From: Promethearchaeota archaeon
Lineage (GTDB): Archaea > Asgardarchaeota > Lokiarchaeia > Sigyniarchaeales > SOKP01
DNA length: 64,000 nt
Reading direction: 5' to 3'
NCBI GenBank assembly: GCA_030599585.1
Contig: JAUVNS010000006.1
Location: forward strand, 128,001 to 192,000
Shown: one piece after another, positions 41,917 to 50,683 of the stretch
Layout of the letters: each line of letters starts with the position of its first letter
Position numbering within the stretch: position 1 is the stretch's first letter
Notes under the pieces: model-generated
What the model was told of the DNA's origin: nothing
The model's database searches: none
What the model saw: only the letters and a program-made list of their open reading frames with translations
Translations under genes and position numbers: made by a program

Positions 41917-42562
41917 TTTGCTCAACCACACCTGCTTTAAATAATTTGAAATAACCAAGGGCGAAAATTAACCCAAAAATAGGATACACTAAACTTAAAA
42001 TCTGTCCAACTATTGTTTTTTCTGCTATTAGGGTTGGAAAAACAAGAGTAGCAAAGACAGCCAACCCTAATGAGCTATTATCTTTTAATTTAAATCCAGT
42101 GGCAAATAAAAACACAACTGCTATTACTCCACCCGCAAAAACATAAGGAAGAAGAAAAATAACTATTTCAGTTACCAAAAATACAATAAACATTCCTGCG
42201 AATATAAAAAAGGATAGAAAATAGAGCGATTCCCATCGATTTATATAACTCACCATTGATAGAGCTAGAGTGATCATTAATCCTAAGCCAAAACTATAAA
42301 ACGAAAATGTGTTAATTGAGATTATTAATTCTGCGTTGAGAACATCGCTGAGCGGTGTGCTTTCATAAAGAAACTCCCATATTAGGAGCCAGGAAAGCGA
42401 TAAGAAAATGCAGAATATAATAAATCTAATCATATTAAGTTTTTTTATTTGTCTTCTTTCTAATATTACTTTTCTACCTAATATTATCGTCATAATTGGA
42501 ATAATAATAATTCCAAGAAAATTTGCCACAAGTTCTATTATATCAGCTGTTTGTCCTAACAT
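41909..42562 (-). CDS. 7TM membrane protein (type A)
   Basis: Seven hydrophobic segments; YINRWE and KDN.xLG.AVF shared with 54980-55621. Confidence 0.8.
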   Translation of the reverse strand: MLGQTADIIELVANFLGIIIIPIMTIILGRKVILERRQIKKLNMIRFIIFCIFLSLSWLLIWEFLYESTPLSDVLNAELIISINTFSFYSFGLGLMITLALSMVSYINRWESLYFLSFFIFAGMFIVFLVTEIVIFLLPYVFAGGVIAVVFLFATGFKLKDNSSLGLAVFATLVFPTLIAEKTIVGQILSLVYPIFGLIFALGYFKLFKAGVVEQNE

Positions 42563-43065
42563 TAGAAAAAACTACCTCGTACTTCAGGTCTAGATTTAAA
42601 TAATTTTGATTTTATATCTTTAAAAATGATCGATAGATCGATAGGAGCACCATCGATTAATATTAATTTTTCTTCGTTAATACCATTATAAATAGTTTGA
42701 ATATAGTCTGTTAAAACTTTTTCAGTTAGCAGGTCGCAATATTTCAATGTAGAAATAATGTTCTCTAAAACTGGTTTGTAAATATCAACATTTAACTTTT
42801 TCTTTATAAGAATAGAAATCGTTAATAAATCGTTTCTTTCTTCTTCATGTTCTATTTTGAATGCATACGACAAAACATTACACTTACTATATTTGCTTAC
42901 TGAGAAATCTCCACTATTAATACCTGTTGGAAGACATTTAGAAAGTAAGTCCTCTGATTCACTAAGAGTAGGATCAAGAGTAGGATAGGATATGACGATC
43001 TCTGGACTAGATAAATCGTAACCTCCTAATTTACATAGTATATACCGTTCTGTATTTTCAATCAT
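42562..43065 (-). CDS. uDENN/longin-like protein
   Basis: PEIVISYP...LSKCLPTG uDENN-like pattern; homologous to 55623-56114. Confidence 0.65.
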   Translation of the reverse strand: MIENTERYILCKLGGYDLSSPEIVISYPTLDPTLSESEDLLSKCLPTGINSGDFSVSKYSKCNVLSYAFKIEHEEERNDLLTISILIKKKLNVDIYKPVLENIISTLKYCDLLTEKVLTDYIQTIYNGINEEKLILIDGAPIDLSIIFKDIKSKLFKSRPEVRGSFF

Positions 43066-43100
43066 AAAAATGGTATTGATTTAATTAGAATTCCTTAAAC

Positions 43101-43169
43101 CTTAGCTATTATCCCTTAGCTAATAGCGATCTAATAAATAGTAAAAGTTTGATTATTTAAATTTAAGTT
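43101..43169 (-). promoter_or_regulatory. Promoter/leader element shared with 41154-41223
   Basis: Minus strand TTTAAATA..TACTATTTATTAGAT..CTAAGGGATAA..CTAAG. Confidence 0.65.
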
Positions 43170-43227
43170 TAGCAAACTAATAATATAATATCTAAGTCGT
43201 ATCTATAAACGGTTACTAAAAAATGAT

Positions 43228-44541
43228 CTATACTATTTTTTTTGAAGCAGTTTTGTCTAATGCGTCCTGCAGGATTTTAATTGCGCAAAATTCCCCACAC
43301 ATGCTACAAACATCATTCTCTATTTTTCCGTTTCGAAAGTGAATCTCCCGAGATAATTCGGGATCAATCGAATGCTTTATCATTCCTTCCCAGTCTAGAT
43401 TCTTTCGAGCTATATCCATTTTTAAATCCCAGTCTGATGCTCTTTTGCCGTATTTGGCTATATTTACTGCGTGAGCCGCGATTTTTGAGGCAATCACACC
43501 TCTTTTTACATCTTCCTTGTTCGGTAATGCTAAGTGTTCAGAGGGGGTAACATAACAGAGATAGTCAGCTCCCGCTAATCCCGCCATAACACCACCGATA
43601 GCGCTTACAATGTGATCGTATCCAGGAGCAATATCAGTTACTAAAGGGCCTAACACGTAAAAGGGTGCGTTATTGCATAATGATTTCATAATTTTAATAT
43701 TTCTTTCAATTTCGTTAGCGGGTATGTGACCCGGACCCTCTACTATAACTTGCACATCTTGGGTCCAAGCGTGCTTTACTAATTTCGATATTTCTATAAG
43801 TTCTTGAATCTGTGCGTAATCTGTTGAATCAAAGATACTTCCTGGTCTCATACCATCACCAAGCGAAAGTGTAAAATCATACTCCTTAGCCATATCTAGC
43901 AAATAATCGTAATTACTATTGAAGGGATTTTCTAAATCATTCTCCAAAATCCAAGCTGCTAAAAAAGTTCCTCCACGAGATACGACTCCAGCTGTTCTCG
44001 GATGGTCTTTCAGATAATTAACAATTTCTTTCGTGATGCCAACATGGATTGTAAAGAAATCGACTCCTTCTTTAGCTTGCTCTTCTATAACGTTAAATAG
44101 GTCATCTTCATCAAAATTTATTACAGCTCCTTTCTTCTCTAACGCTATTAAAGCCGATTGGTAGATAGGAACTGTCCCAATTGGGACATTTATTTCGTTT
44201 AAAATTTGTCTTCGAATGTTTTTAACATCTGCTTCAGTTACTCCAGTGCTTAAATCCATAACAGTATCTGCCCCAAACTTCACCGCTATCTTTGCTTTTT
44301 CTAATTCTTCTTCAATGTCGCATACTCGTTTACTAGAACCTACATTAGCGTTAATTTTTACGAGTAAGCCCTCTCCTATCCCCATGGGCTCAGTTTTACG
44401 TTGGTTGGATTTTGGAATAACAATACGTCCTTGTGCTATTCCCTTACGGATGAATTCTACATCAACTTGCTCTTTTTTAGCAACAAATTTCATTTCTTCA
44501 GTTATTTTACCCTCACGCGCTATTTTCATTAGTGTAGACAA
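43228..44541 (-). CDS. thiC: Phosphomethylpyrimidine synthase
   Basis: KINANVG, GADTVMDLST, VSRGG, SLGDGMRPG, EGPGH, YVTPSEHL, CSMCGEFC. Confidence 0.92.
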   Translation of the reverse strand: MSTLMKIAREGKITEEMKFVAKKEQVDVEFIRKGIAQGRIVIPKSNQRKTEPMGIGEGLLVKINANVGSSKRVCDIEEELEKAKIAVKFGADTVMDLSTGVTEADVKNIRRQILNEINVPIGTVPIYQSALIALEKKGAVINFDEDDLFNVIEEQAKEGVDFFTIHVGITKEIVNYLKDHPRTAGVVSRGGTFLAAWILENDLENPFNSNYDYLLDMAKEYDFTLSLGDGMRPGSIFDSTDYAQIQELIEISKLVKHAWTQDVQVIVEGPGHIPANEIERNIKIMKSLCNNAPFYVLGPLVTDIAPGYDHIVSAIGGVMAGLAGADYLCYVTPSEHLALPNKEDVKRGVIASKIAAHAVNIAKYGKRASDWDLKMDIARKNLDWEGMIKHSIDPELSREIHFRNGKIENDVCSMCGEFCAIKILQDALDKTASKKIV

Positions 44542-44749
44542 ATTTTTAACCCTTCTCGTAATGTCATTAAACGTAATTTATAATTTAATATCGAATGCCT
44601 AATGCAAATTAGTAATATTTGAATTAAATTGTTTTGTTTAATAAAAAATAATGAATCTCCCATCCAATAATATTTTAATAGAATTAGAAATAACTACTAT
44701 CACTAATGTTATTAAATTCCATTGAAATTCCGTTAATAGGTGAGATTAA

Positions 44750-45646
44750 ATGGTAAGTAGAGGTATGAAAAGTGTTATAAAAATTCTAAAAGAAAAGAGA
44801 GAGAAGGAGATAAAGAAAAGAGTAAAAGAGGGTCGAGCGGGAATATTAGAACTGGCACGATTAGCACCTCTTCATAAAGATACTAAATTAGAGAATGTCG
44901 ATGCTGGCGGAGTCCCCGCTGCTTGGATGATTACACCAGAGGTTGCTAAAGACCGTGCGATATTGTATTTACATGGAGGGGGGTATGTTCAAGGTTCGAT
45001 TACTTCTCATCAAGATTTAGCTCAAAGAATTTCTATAGCCTCAAAAACAAAATTGTTGATATTAGATTACCGATTAGCTCCAGAACATCCATTTCCTGCT
45101 GCTTTAGAAGATTCAGTCCGAGCTTATGAATGGTTAATTAATAATGAGGGGTATGATCCAAAAGATTTAATTATTGCTGGAGATTCTGCTGGGGGTGGGT
45201 TAACACTTGCTACGCTTGTAAAACTACGAGATCAAGAAGTTCAATTACCCGCTGCTGCGGTTTGTCTTTCACCTTGGACAGATTTAGCGTTAACTGGAGA
45301 TTCATTGAAGCTTAAAATTCACGAAGATCCCTTCGTATCCCCAGACAGATTAATGTTCTCTGCGGGATTGTATTTAGGAAAAACGGACCCAAAAAATCCA
45401 TTCGCATCACCTTTATACGCCGATTTCAAAGGGTTTCCACCGCTCTGTATTCAAGTTGGAAGCGCAGAAATTTTGCTTGACGATGCTACTCGGCTAGCAA
45501 AACGAGCTAAAAAGGCAGGTATTGAAGTACAGTTAGATATTTGGGAAGATATGATTCACGTGTTTCAAGCGTTTGCTGTTATGGCACCTGAAGGTACAGA
45601 AGGGATCAATAAAATAGGAGAATTCATTAAAAAAGTCTTTAAATAG
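44750..45646 (+). CDS. HSL-family alpha/beta hydrolase (esterase)
   Basis: HGGG, DYRLAPEHPFPA, GDSAGG, HVF. Confidence 0.93.
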   Translation: MVSRGMKSVIKILKEKREKEIKKRVKEGRAGILELARLAPLHKDTKLENVDAGGVPAAWMITPEVAKDRAILYLHGGGYVQGSITSHQDLAQRISIASKTKLLILDYRLAPEHPFPAALEDSVRAYEWLINNEGYDPKDLIIAGDSAGGGLTLATLVKLRDQEVQLPAAAVCLSPWTDLALTGDSLKLKIHEDPFVSPDRLMFSAGLYLGKTDPKNPFASPLYADFKGFPPLCIQVGSAEILLDDATRLAKRAKKAGIEVQLDIWEDMIHVFQAFAVMAPEGTEGINKIGEFIKKVFK

Positions 45647-45672
45647 AAATAGAAAAAAAAAGAATTTAAAGT

Positions 45673-46011
45673 TTATACTTCTGGTGCAGTCATACCTAAG
45701 ATTTTATAAGCTTCTGTGAAATCCAAAAAGATTTCTGCTTTATATTTAAGTCCATCAATTTTTGAAGCCATGAATAAGTTTTGTTGAGTTGTCCGCTTTA
45801 GGGCTTCGCTTTCCATGCCTTTCATTATCTCACCAATACCATAAACTAAAAGAGTTCCATCTTCGTCGGAACCGACAGCTATGGCGATAGTTTTTTCAAT
45901 TGTTTTATCAGGGGGATTATCTTTTAAAAAATCAACATATGCTTTTGCTACTTTATTTGATTGATCAGGTGGAAACCAAACTCGAGATACTAGGAGTGTT
46001 ATTATAATCAC
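45673..46011 (-). CDS. Hypothetical protein
   Basis: Clean ORF with no recognised motif. Confidence 0.7.
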   Translation of the reverse strand: MIIITLLVSRVWFPPDQSNKVAKAYVDFLKDNPPDKTIEKTIAIAVGSDEDGTLLVYGIGEIMKGMESEALKRTTQQNLFMASKIDGLKYKAEIFLDFTEAYKILGMTAPEV

Positions 46012-46114
46012 ATCGTTTTTTTAATTAAATTAGATTTCGTTACAAATCTAAATTAGATGATGAGACATATAAATCTTCACTTTTTTGTCAGAAGGAAGGA
46101 TTAAGGATTAATAA

Positions 46115-46582
46115 TTAATAACCTACTTTCAATTGTTTTAAAAGCTCTATTAATGATACGGACAACTTATAATTTTTTAATTCGTCAAAAAGCACAAATT
46201 TAGCGTCTAGGGCATCGGAATCGGGTATAGGAAGTTGGTCCTCATCACCTTCAATTTGTTCTACAAAATAATTTATTAATACATAATGGTATTCAAGTTT
46301 ACCCTTATCGTCATACATAATTTTGTCTATGATACCCGCTAATTTAGTTACTCGCACTTTAAAACCGGTTTCTTCAAAACCCTCTCTTTCTGCAGCACTT
46401 TCAATCTTTTCGCCCAGATCCAAGTGTCCTCCAGGAATTGACCAATAACCGGCATCGGGTTCATATTTCCTTTTCACTAACAATAAAGAATTATTCCGGG
46501 TTAGCAATACGCCAACACCTATTAAAGGAACAATGGGATAGCGTCGTAATTCAAAAGGTTTTAATCTTTCTTTATTTGTCAT
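46115..46582 (-). CDS. NUDIX hydrolase
   Basis: PGGHLDLGEKIESAAEREGFEETG Nudix box. Confidence 0.93.
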   Translation of the reverse strand: MTNKERLKPFELRRYPIVPLIGVGVLLTRNNSLLLVKRKYEPDAGYWSIPGGHLDLGEKIESAAEREGFEETGFKVRVTKLAGIIDKIMYDDKGKLEYHYVLINYFVEQIEGDEDQLPIPDSDALDAKFVLFDELKNYKLSVSLIELLKQLKVGY

Positions 46583-46670
46583 TATTAATAAGCTCTAAAT
46601 TGCATTAATTATTATTACTCTTTAAAGGTTTCAAAGATTTAAGATTAATTAAAAATACGAAAAGATTATT

Positions 46671-47162
46671 ATGGTTAGACCAAATTACTGGCCCATAAAT
46701 GGAATGCCTCATAAATCTGAACCATTTACTTGGATTGTGAGAGGGAAAATAGCAGCAAGTTGGTGGCCAGACCCGTCTGTAATCAAAAAATTTAAAGAAC
46801 AAAGTATATCTGTTGTTATAAACTGTTCAGAATTTGAAAACAGCAAAGAAATTAGAAATTCTTTTAAATTTTATCATATCAACGTTCCAGATTACGGATT
46901 ACCTACAGAAACTCAAATCGAAACTTTCTTAGCTATATGTGATAAACATGGGTTAAAGAATGAATCAATTGTAGTTCATTGTGTTGCAGGTTGTGGAAGA
47001 ACTGGACAATTTATAGTCGCTTGGGGAGCAAAGAACGGTTATATAGCAAAATCAATGGATCCCGTAAAATGGATAAGAAAGTACAGATCATGCAGCCTTG
47101 AGACCAAAGAACAAATGAATTTTGCTCGAAAAATGGCAAAAAAATATCAAATGATTCGATAA
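46671..47162 (+). CDS. Dual-specificity/protein-tyrosine phosphatase
   Basis: VPDYGLP acid loop and HCVAGCGRT (CX5R). Confidence 0.92.
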   Translation: MVRPNYWPINGMPHKSEPFTWIVRGKIAASWWPDPSVIKKFKEQSISVVINCSEFENSKEIRNSFKFYHINVPDYGLPTETQIETFLAICDKHGLKNESIVVHCVAGCGRTGQFIVAWGAKNGYIAKSMDPVKWIRKYRSCSLETKEQMNFARKMAKKYQMIR

Positions 47163-47273
47163 TTTTATTATGTAAAGTATTTATTGTACAAATTTTATTA
47201 TTTAGTAAATTTATGTTGCAATAAATCTAATTCTCTAAAATTAGATTAACAATTCTAACCGATAAGCGCTCTC

Positions 47274-48425
47274 ATGAACAAATCTGATTATGTTTATATG
47301 ATTTTAGATAATATACTGGTCTATAGTATTAATCTACCTCCAGAATTTCAGAACAATGGATTAGATGATCATCTTAATAATTTCGATGAGAACTATGTTA
47401 AAATCATTGCTGGATTTAATAAAAGCTTCTTGGAGCATTTCTTAACGGTTACGAAAGGGAAATCTCAGAAGGATGTAGCCGGTTTATTAAAGAAAATGGA
47501 AAAAATCGCCTATATGGTTGGTCCTATTGGGAATCTTAGCTATTTAGGAAGCGATCAAGTAGATCATCTTCTAACGAAAATAAATGATCTCAAGATCGAT
47601 GAAATAATCGAAGAAAAAATTAGTTTGCTAGCGGATGACCAATTGAGGCAGCAATTTGGTGGAAGCAATTACAACGCTTCAGAAGCATTAGAAAACCAAT
47701 TAGCAAGCGCTGCGTTTTTTTTAATGAACATGGGATATTCCCGAGAAGAAATTCAAGAAAAATTTAATGAAGTACGACAAGATCCTTCGAGATTAGATAC
47801 CTTGTTTAATACACAACAAAGAGAAATTTATAATTTACCAATGGAACTACAACAACCGTCCTCAACCTCCCCATCTAGGCCACAACAAACTTCGATAGAT
47901 CAAAGCAATGGTTTAAACGCATCAATTGCTCAACATATACAAACAATTCATCAAGAAATTACAGGAGAAAGAGCGGAAAAAGTTAAGGTTATTCTTGAAG
48001 AGATAAAAGCATATGTTAAAGATGACCTCTCCGAACTTCAAGAAAAAGTCTTCAGGCAAATGCACCCTGATAGATTAAAGCGCGCTCTGAAAATATTAAA
48101 AACAACAAAAAGAAAATCTAAAAGAATGAAACTTTATATTGAATGGTTTACAGATAGCTTGCTTTTATCAAAAATAGAGCTGAAGGTAGAACACTGGCAA
48201 GTCTCATCATCTGCAGACCACTCAAGTGCTGGAGTTTACACAGCCGGAATAGATTTTTCACGATATGACCCCATTATACGGGATTTTTCAGACGCTAAAT
48301 TAACTAAAGTTGTTAACATTAGTAGACGCATTTTACAGAAGCCATCTAAAAAAGCGATTCAGAAACTTGGTCAAGACCTCATAAGTGAAACTGGTTTCGA
48401 TGAACACCTTTATTTTACGGATTAG
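47274..48425 (+). CDS. Hypothetical protein with UBA-like motif and low-complexity linker
   Basis: LMNMGYSREEI followed by a Q/S/P-rich linker. Confidence 0.65.
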   Translation: MNKSDYVYMILDNILVYSINLPPEFQNNGLDDHLNNFDENYVKIIAGFNKSFLEHFLTVTKGKSQKDVAGLLKKMEKIAYMVGPIGNLSYLGSDQVDHLLTKINDLKIDEIIEEKISLLADDQLRQQFGGSNYNASEALENQLASAAFFLMNMGYSREEIQEKFNEVRQDPSRLDTLFNTQQREIYNLPMELQQPSSTSPSRPQQTSIDQSNGLNASIAQHIQTIHQEITGERAEKVKVILEEIKAYVKDDLSELQEKVFRQMHPDRLKRALKILKTTKRKSKRMKLYIEWFTDSLLLSKIELKVEHWQVSSSADHSSAGVYTAGIDFSRYDPIIRDFSDAKLTKVVNISRRILQKPSKKAIQKLGQDLISETGFDEHLYFTD

Positions 48426-48539
48426 CTAGTATTAGAAACGTTGTTTATCTTTTTTTCTCCAAACAAGTATAAAATTTTTATTTATCCTTTTTAATATTAA
48501 TAATAAAACATTGAAATATATCAAAGAGAAGATTAGAAA

Positions 48540-48743
48540 GTGGGATTTTTAGAAAAATTAAAGGTTTTGTTGCTGGCTTTAAGTAGCGTATTCGTTTTTA
48601 TAGCGATCGCCGGGACAATTATTGCAAATTCTTTCTCTGCTTGAGGTAGTAGAATGAGCTATTATGACGGAATCTCAGGTATGGGTTATATAATTTCTGC
48701 ATTTTTAGTTGTGCTCTATTTAATTATCCCTGATAGAAAATAA
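48540..48743 (+). other. Small two-TM ORF with in-frame TGA (selenoprotein candidate, pseudogene, or two micro-ORFs)
   Basis: GTG...MGFLEKLKVLLLALSSVFVFIAIAGTIIANSFSA*GSRMSYYDGISGMGYIISAFLVVLYLIIPDRK-TAA; TGA at 48642-48644. Confidence 0.45.
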
Positions 48744-48756
48744 TTATCTTTTATAG

Positions 48757-48793
48757 ATGAGTCCATTAAAAAAAATTATAGTTAATGGAGGAT
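48757..48793 (+). promoter_or_regulatory. SECIS-like hairpin candidate
   Basis: ATGA-G / TCCATTAA:TTAATGGA stem / A-rich loop / G-GA-T. Confidence 0.35.
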
Positions 48794-48880
48794 ACTTCCC
48801 GCGAGGAAGAAGAAGATTTGAATAAATAAAATGGTATTTCTAGAGGAAATCCTCGGGTACTAGAGAATTTACTGGAAGTT

Positions 48881-50500
48881 TTAACTTTGCATTTTGTAGG
48901 CAGTTTTGCCCCTAATAATGGTTTCCACAACTTGAATATTTCTAATTTCATCATTTGGAACTTCCAGGGGATTCCTATTTAATATTACAAAATCAGCGAG
49001 TTTTCCTATTTCTATACTTCCCTTAATATTTTCTTCAAAAGCACCATAAGCGGCATTGATAGTATATGTTTTTAAAGCTTCCTCAATACTTATGCGTTGT
49101 TCAGGAATAAAATCGTTTCTATGAACTAGAGCATGCAATCCCATTATAACGCTAGGGTCTTCAACGGGACAATCAGAACCTGAGATTAAAGTAACTCCAG
49201 CATCTAATATTGATTTCATGGGATAAGTATCCTTAAGTCGTTCCTTTCCTAAACGTTTCTCTAACCAATTAAATTCTGAATTGATGAAGGGAGGCTGACA
49301 TGAGGCAATAATCTTGTATTTTGCCATATCTTTCAATACATCTTGAGTTAAAATTGAAGCGTGTTCTATCCGATGTCTATGATCCTCTCGAGGTGATTCA
49401 TCCAACAATCGTTTATAGAGATCTACTGCTATCCGATTTCCTTTATCACCGATCGCGTGAATACAAATTTGAAATTCATTATCATGAGCAACTTTCATCT
49501 TCTGGTACAAGTCTTCAGTATCAACGACACAGAAACCACATTTTTCAGGTGCATCCGTAAAAGGTTCATACATGCAAGCTGTCTTGGCCCCGAACGTACC
49601 GTCAAGGAAAAACTTTGCACAACCTAATTTAAACTGACTGTCTGGCTTACCACCATCAAGAGGAGGTTTTTTAAGTCTTAATAACTTCTTAGGTCTTTCT
49701 GTATTCACCATGAGATACCAGTTATGTAAGATATCTGACTGGATTGATTTTAATAACGGTATCTCGACAACTCCAAAATCTCCAAATTCTCCTCCAGCAT
49801 CGGAATGTAAAATCCCGTGGAGAGAGGTTAATCCTTGAGATGCTAGATAATTAAAGGCTTTAGTTGTTGCGTTTTTTAATTCTACTCCTTTAGGAAACGA
49901 AACTTTATTTAGTATAGGTGAGACCGCTGTTTCAGTCAAAATTCCTGTTAATTCTCCTTTCTCGTTTTTCCTAATTTCTCCCCCTTCAGGAACGGGAGTG
50001 TTTTCGTCTATTCCCGCAATATCCAAGGCTTTCGTATTAGCAATTCCAATATGCCCGTCATATCTCAGCACAAAGATAGGGTGTTCAGGACACGCATCAT
50101 CGAGATCCCATCGAGTAGGCAAAACAGGATCATCAAATTTCTCTTCGGATAAATTCAAAGCTATTGTTAATTGATCTTTTGATTTACTCTCAACTGCTTC
50201 CTTTAAAACTTCTTTCAACTCACTAAGACTTGTTACTTCAGACACATTTGGACTCACTTGGTAGAAAACGAATAATATGGGATGTAAATGACAATCGATA
50301 AACCCGGGCAACAAGCTATTCCCTTCTAAATCTACAGAAATATAACCTTGTCCTAACATTTCTTTTACTGTATTCAATTTTCCAGTAGATATGATCTTTT
50401 CATTTAATATACCTATGGCTTCTATGCGTGGTTCTTTTTCATTCATCGTTATGATGGGACCGTTGAAAAACAGTGTATAGACCTTTGGTTCAGGCGGCAT
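48881..50500 (-). CDS. Amidohydrolase 3 family (YtcJ-like)
   Basis: PGFIDCHLH, KFFLDG, IHAIGD, HRIEH, GSDCP, GKLADF. Confidence 0.92.
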   Translation of the reverse strand: MPPEPKVYTLFFNGPIITMNEKEPRIEAIGILNEKIISTGKLNTVKEMLGQGYISVDLEGNSLLPGFIDCHLHPILFVFYQVSPNVSEVTSLSELKEVLKEAVESKSKDQLTIALNLSEEKFDDPVLPTRWDLDDACPEHPIFVLRYDGHIGIANTKALDIAGIDENTPVPEGGEIRKNEKGELTGILTETAVSPILNKVSFPKGVELKNATTKAFNYLASQGLTSLHGILHSDAGGEFGDFGVVEIPLLKSIQSDILHNWYLMVNTERPKKLLRLKKPPLDGGKPDSQFKLGCAKFFLDGTFGAKTACMYEPFTDAPEKCGFCVVDTEDLYQKMKVAHDNEFQICIHAIGDKGNRIAVDLYKRLLDESPREDHRHRIEHASILTQDVLKDMAKYKIIASCQPPFINSEFNWLEKRLGKERLKDTYPMKSILDAGVTLISGSDCPVEDPSVIMGLHALVHRNDFIPEQRISIEEALKTYTINAAYGAFEENIKGSIEIGKLADFVILNRNPLEVPNDEIRNIQVVETIIRGKTAYKMQS

Positions 50501-50683
50501 GTTTATTATTCTCTTAACTTAAAGGTGAAAATTACATATTATGAATTTAAAATGATACATAAACCTTGATAAAACCGATTTCACTGAGATTTTAGTATAT
50601 GTGTGAAAAAGTTTAAAATAATTCAATCAATTTTTAGGAATATAAGTAAATAAATTTAGCAAACCTAATAAGGCGAATAGAAT

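Noticed and set aside
41266-42562. 7TM proteins as microbial rhodopsins or true GPCRs
   Set aside because: No Schiff-base Lys in TM7 and no DRY/NPxxY motifs; only the topology is similar
46057-46100. ATGATGA as box C of a C/D sRNA (also at ~33217 and ~59039)
   Set aside because: No suitably placed CTGA box D on the same strand
48757-48825. 22-codon ORF MSPLKKIIVNGGYFPRGRRRFE overlapping the SECIS-like hairpin
   Set aside because: Too short to support as a gene; kept only as an alternative explanation for the hairpin sequence
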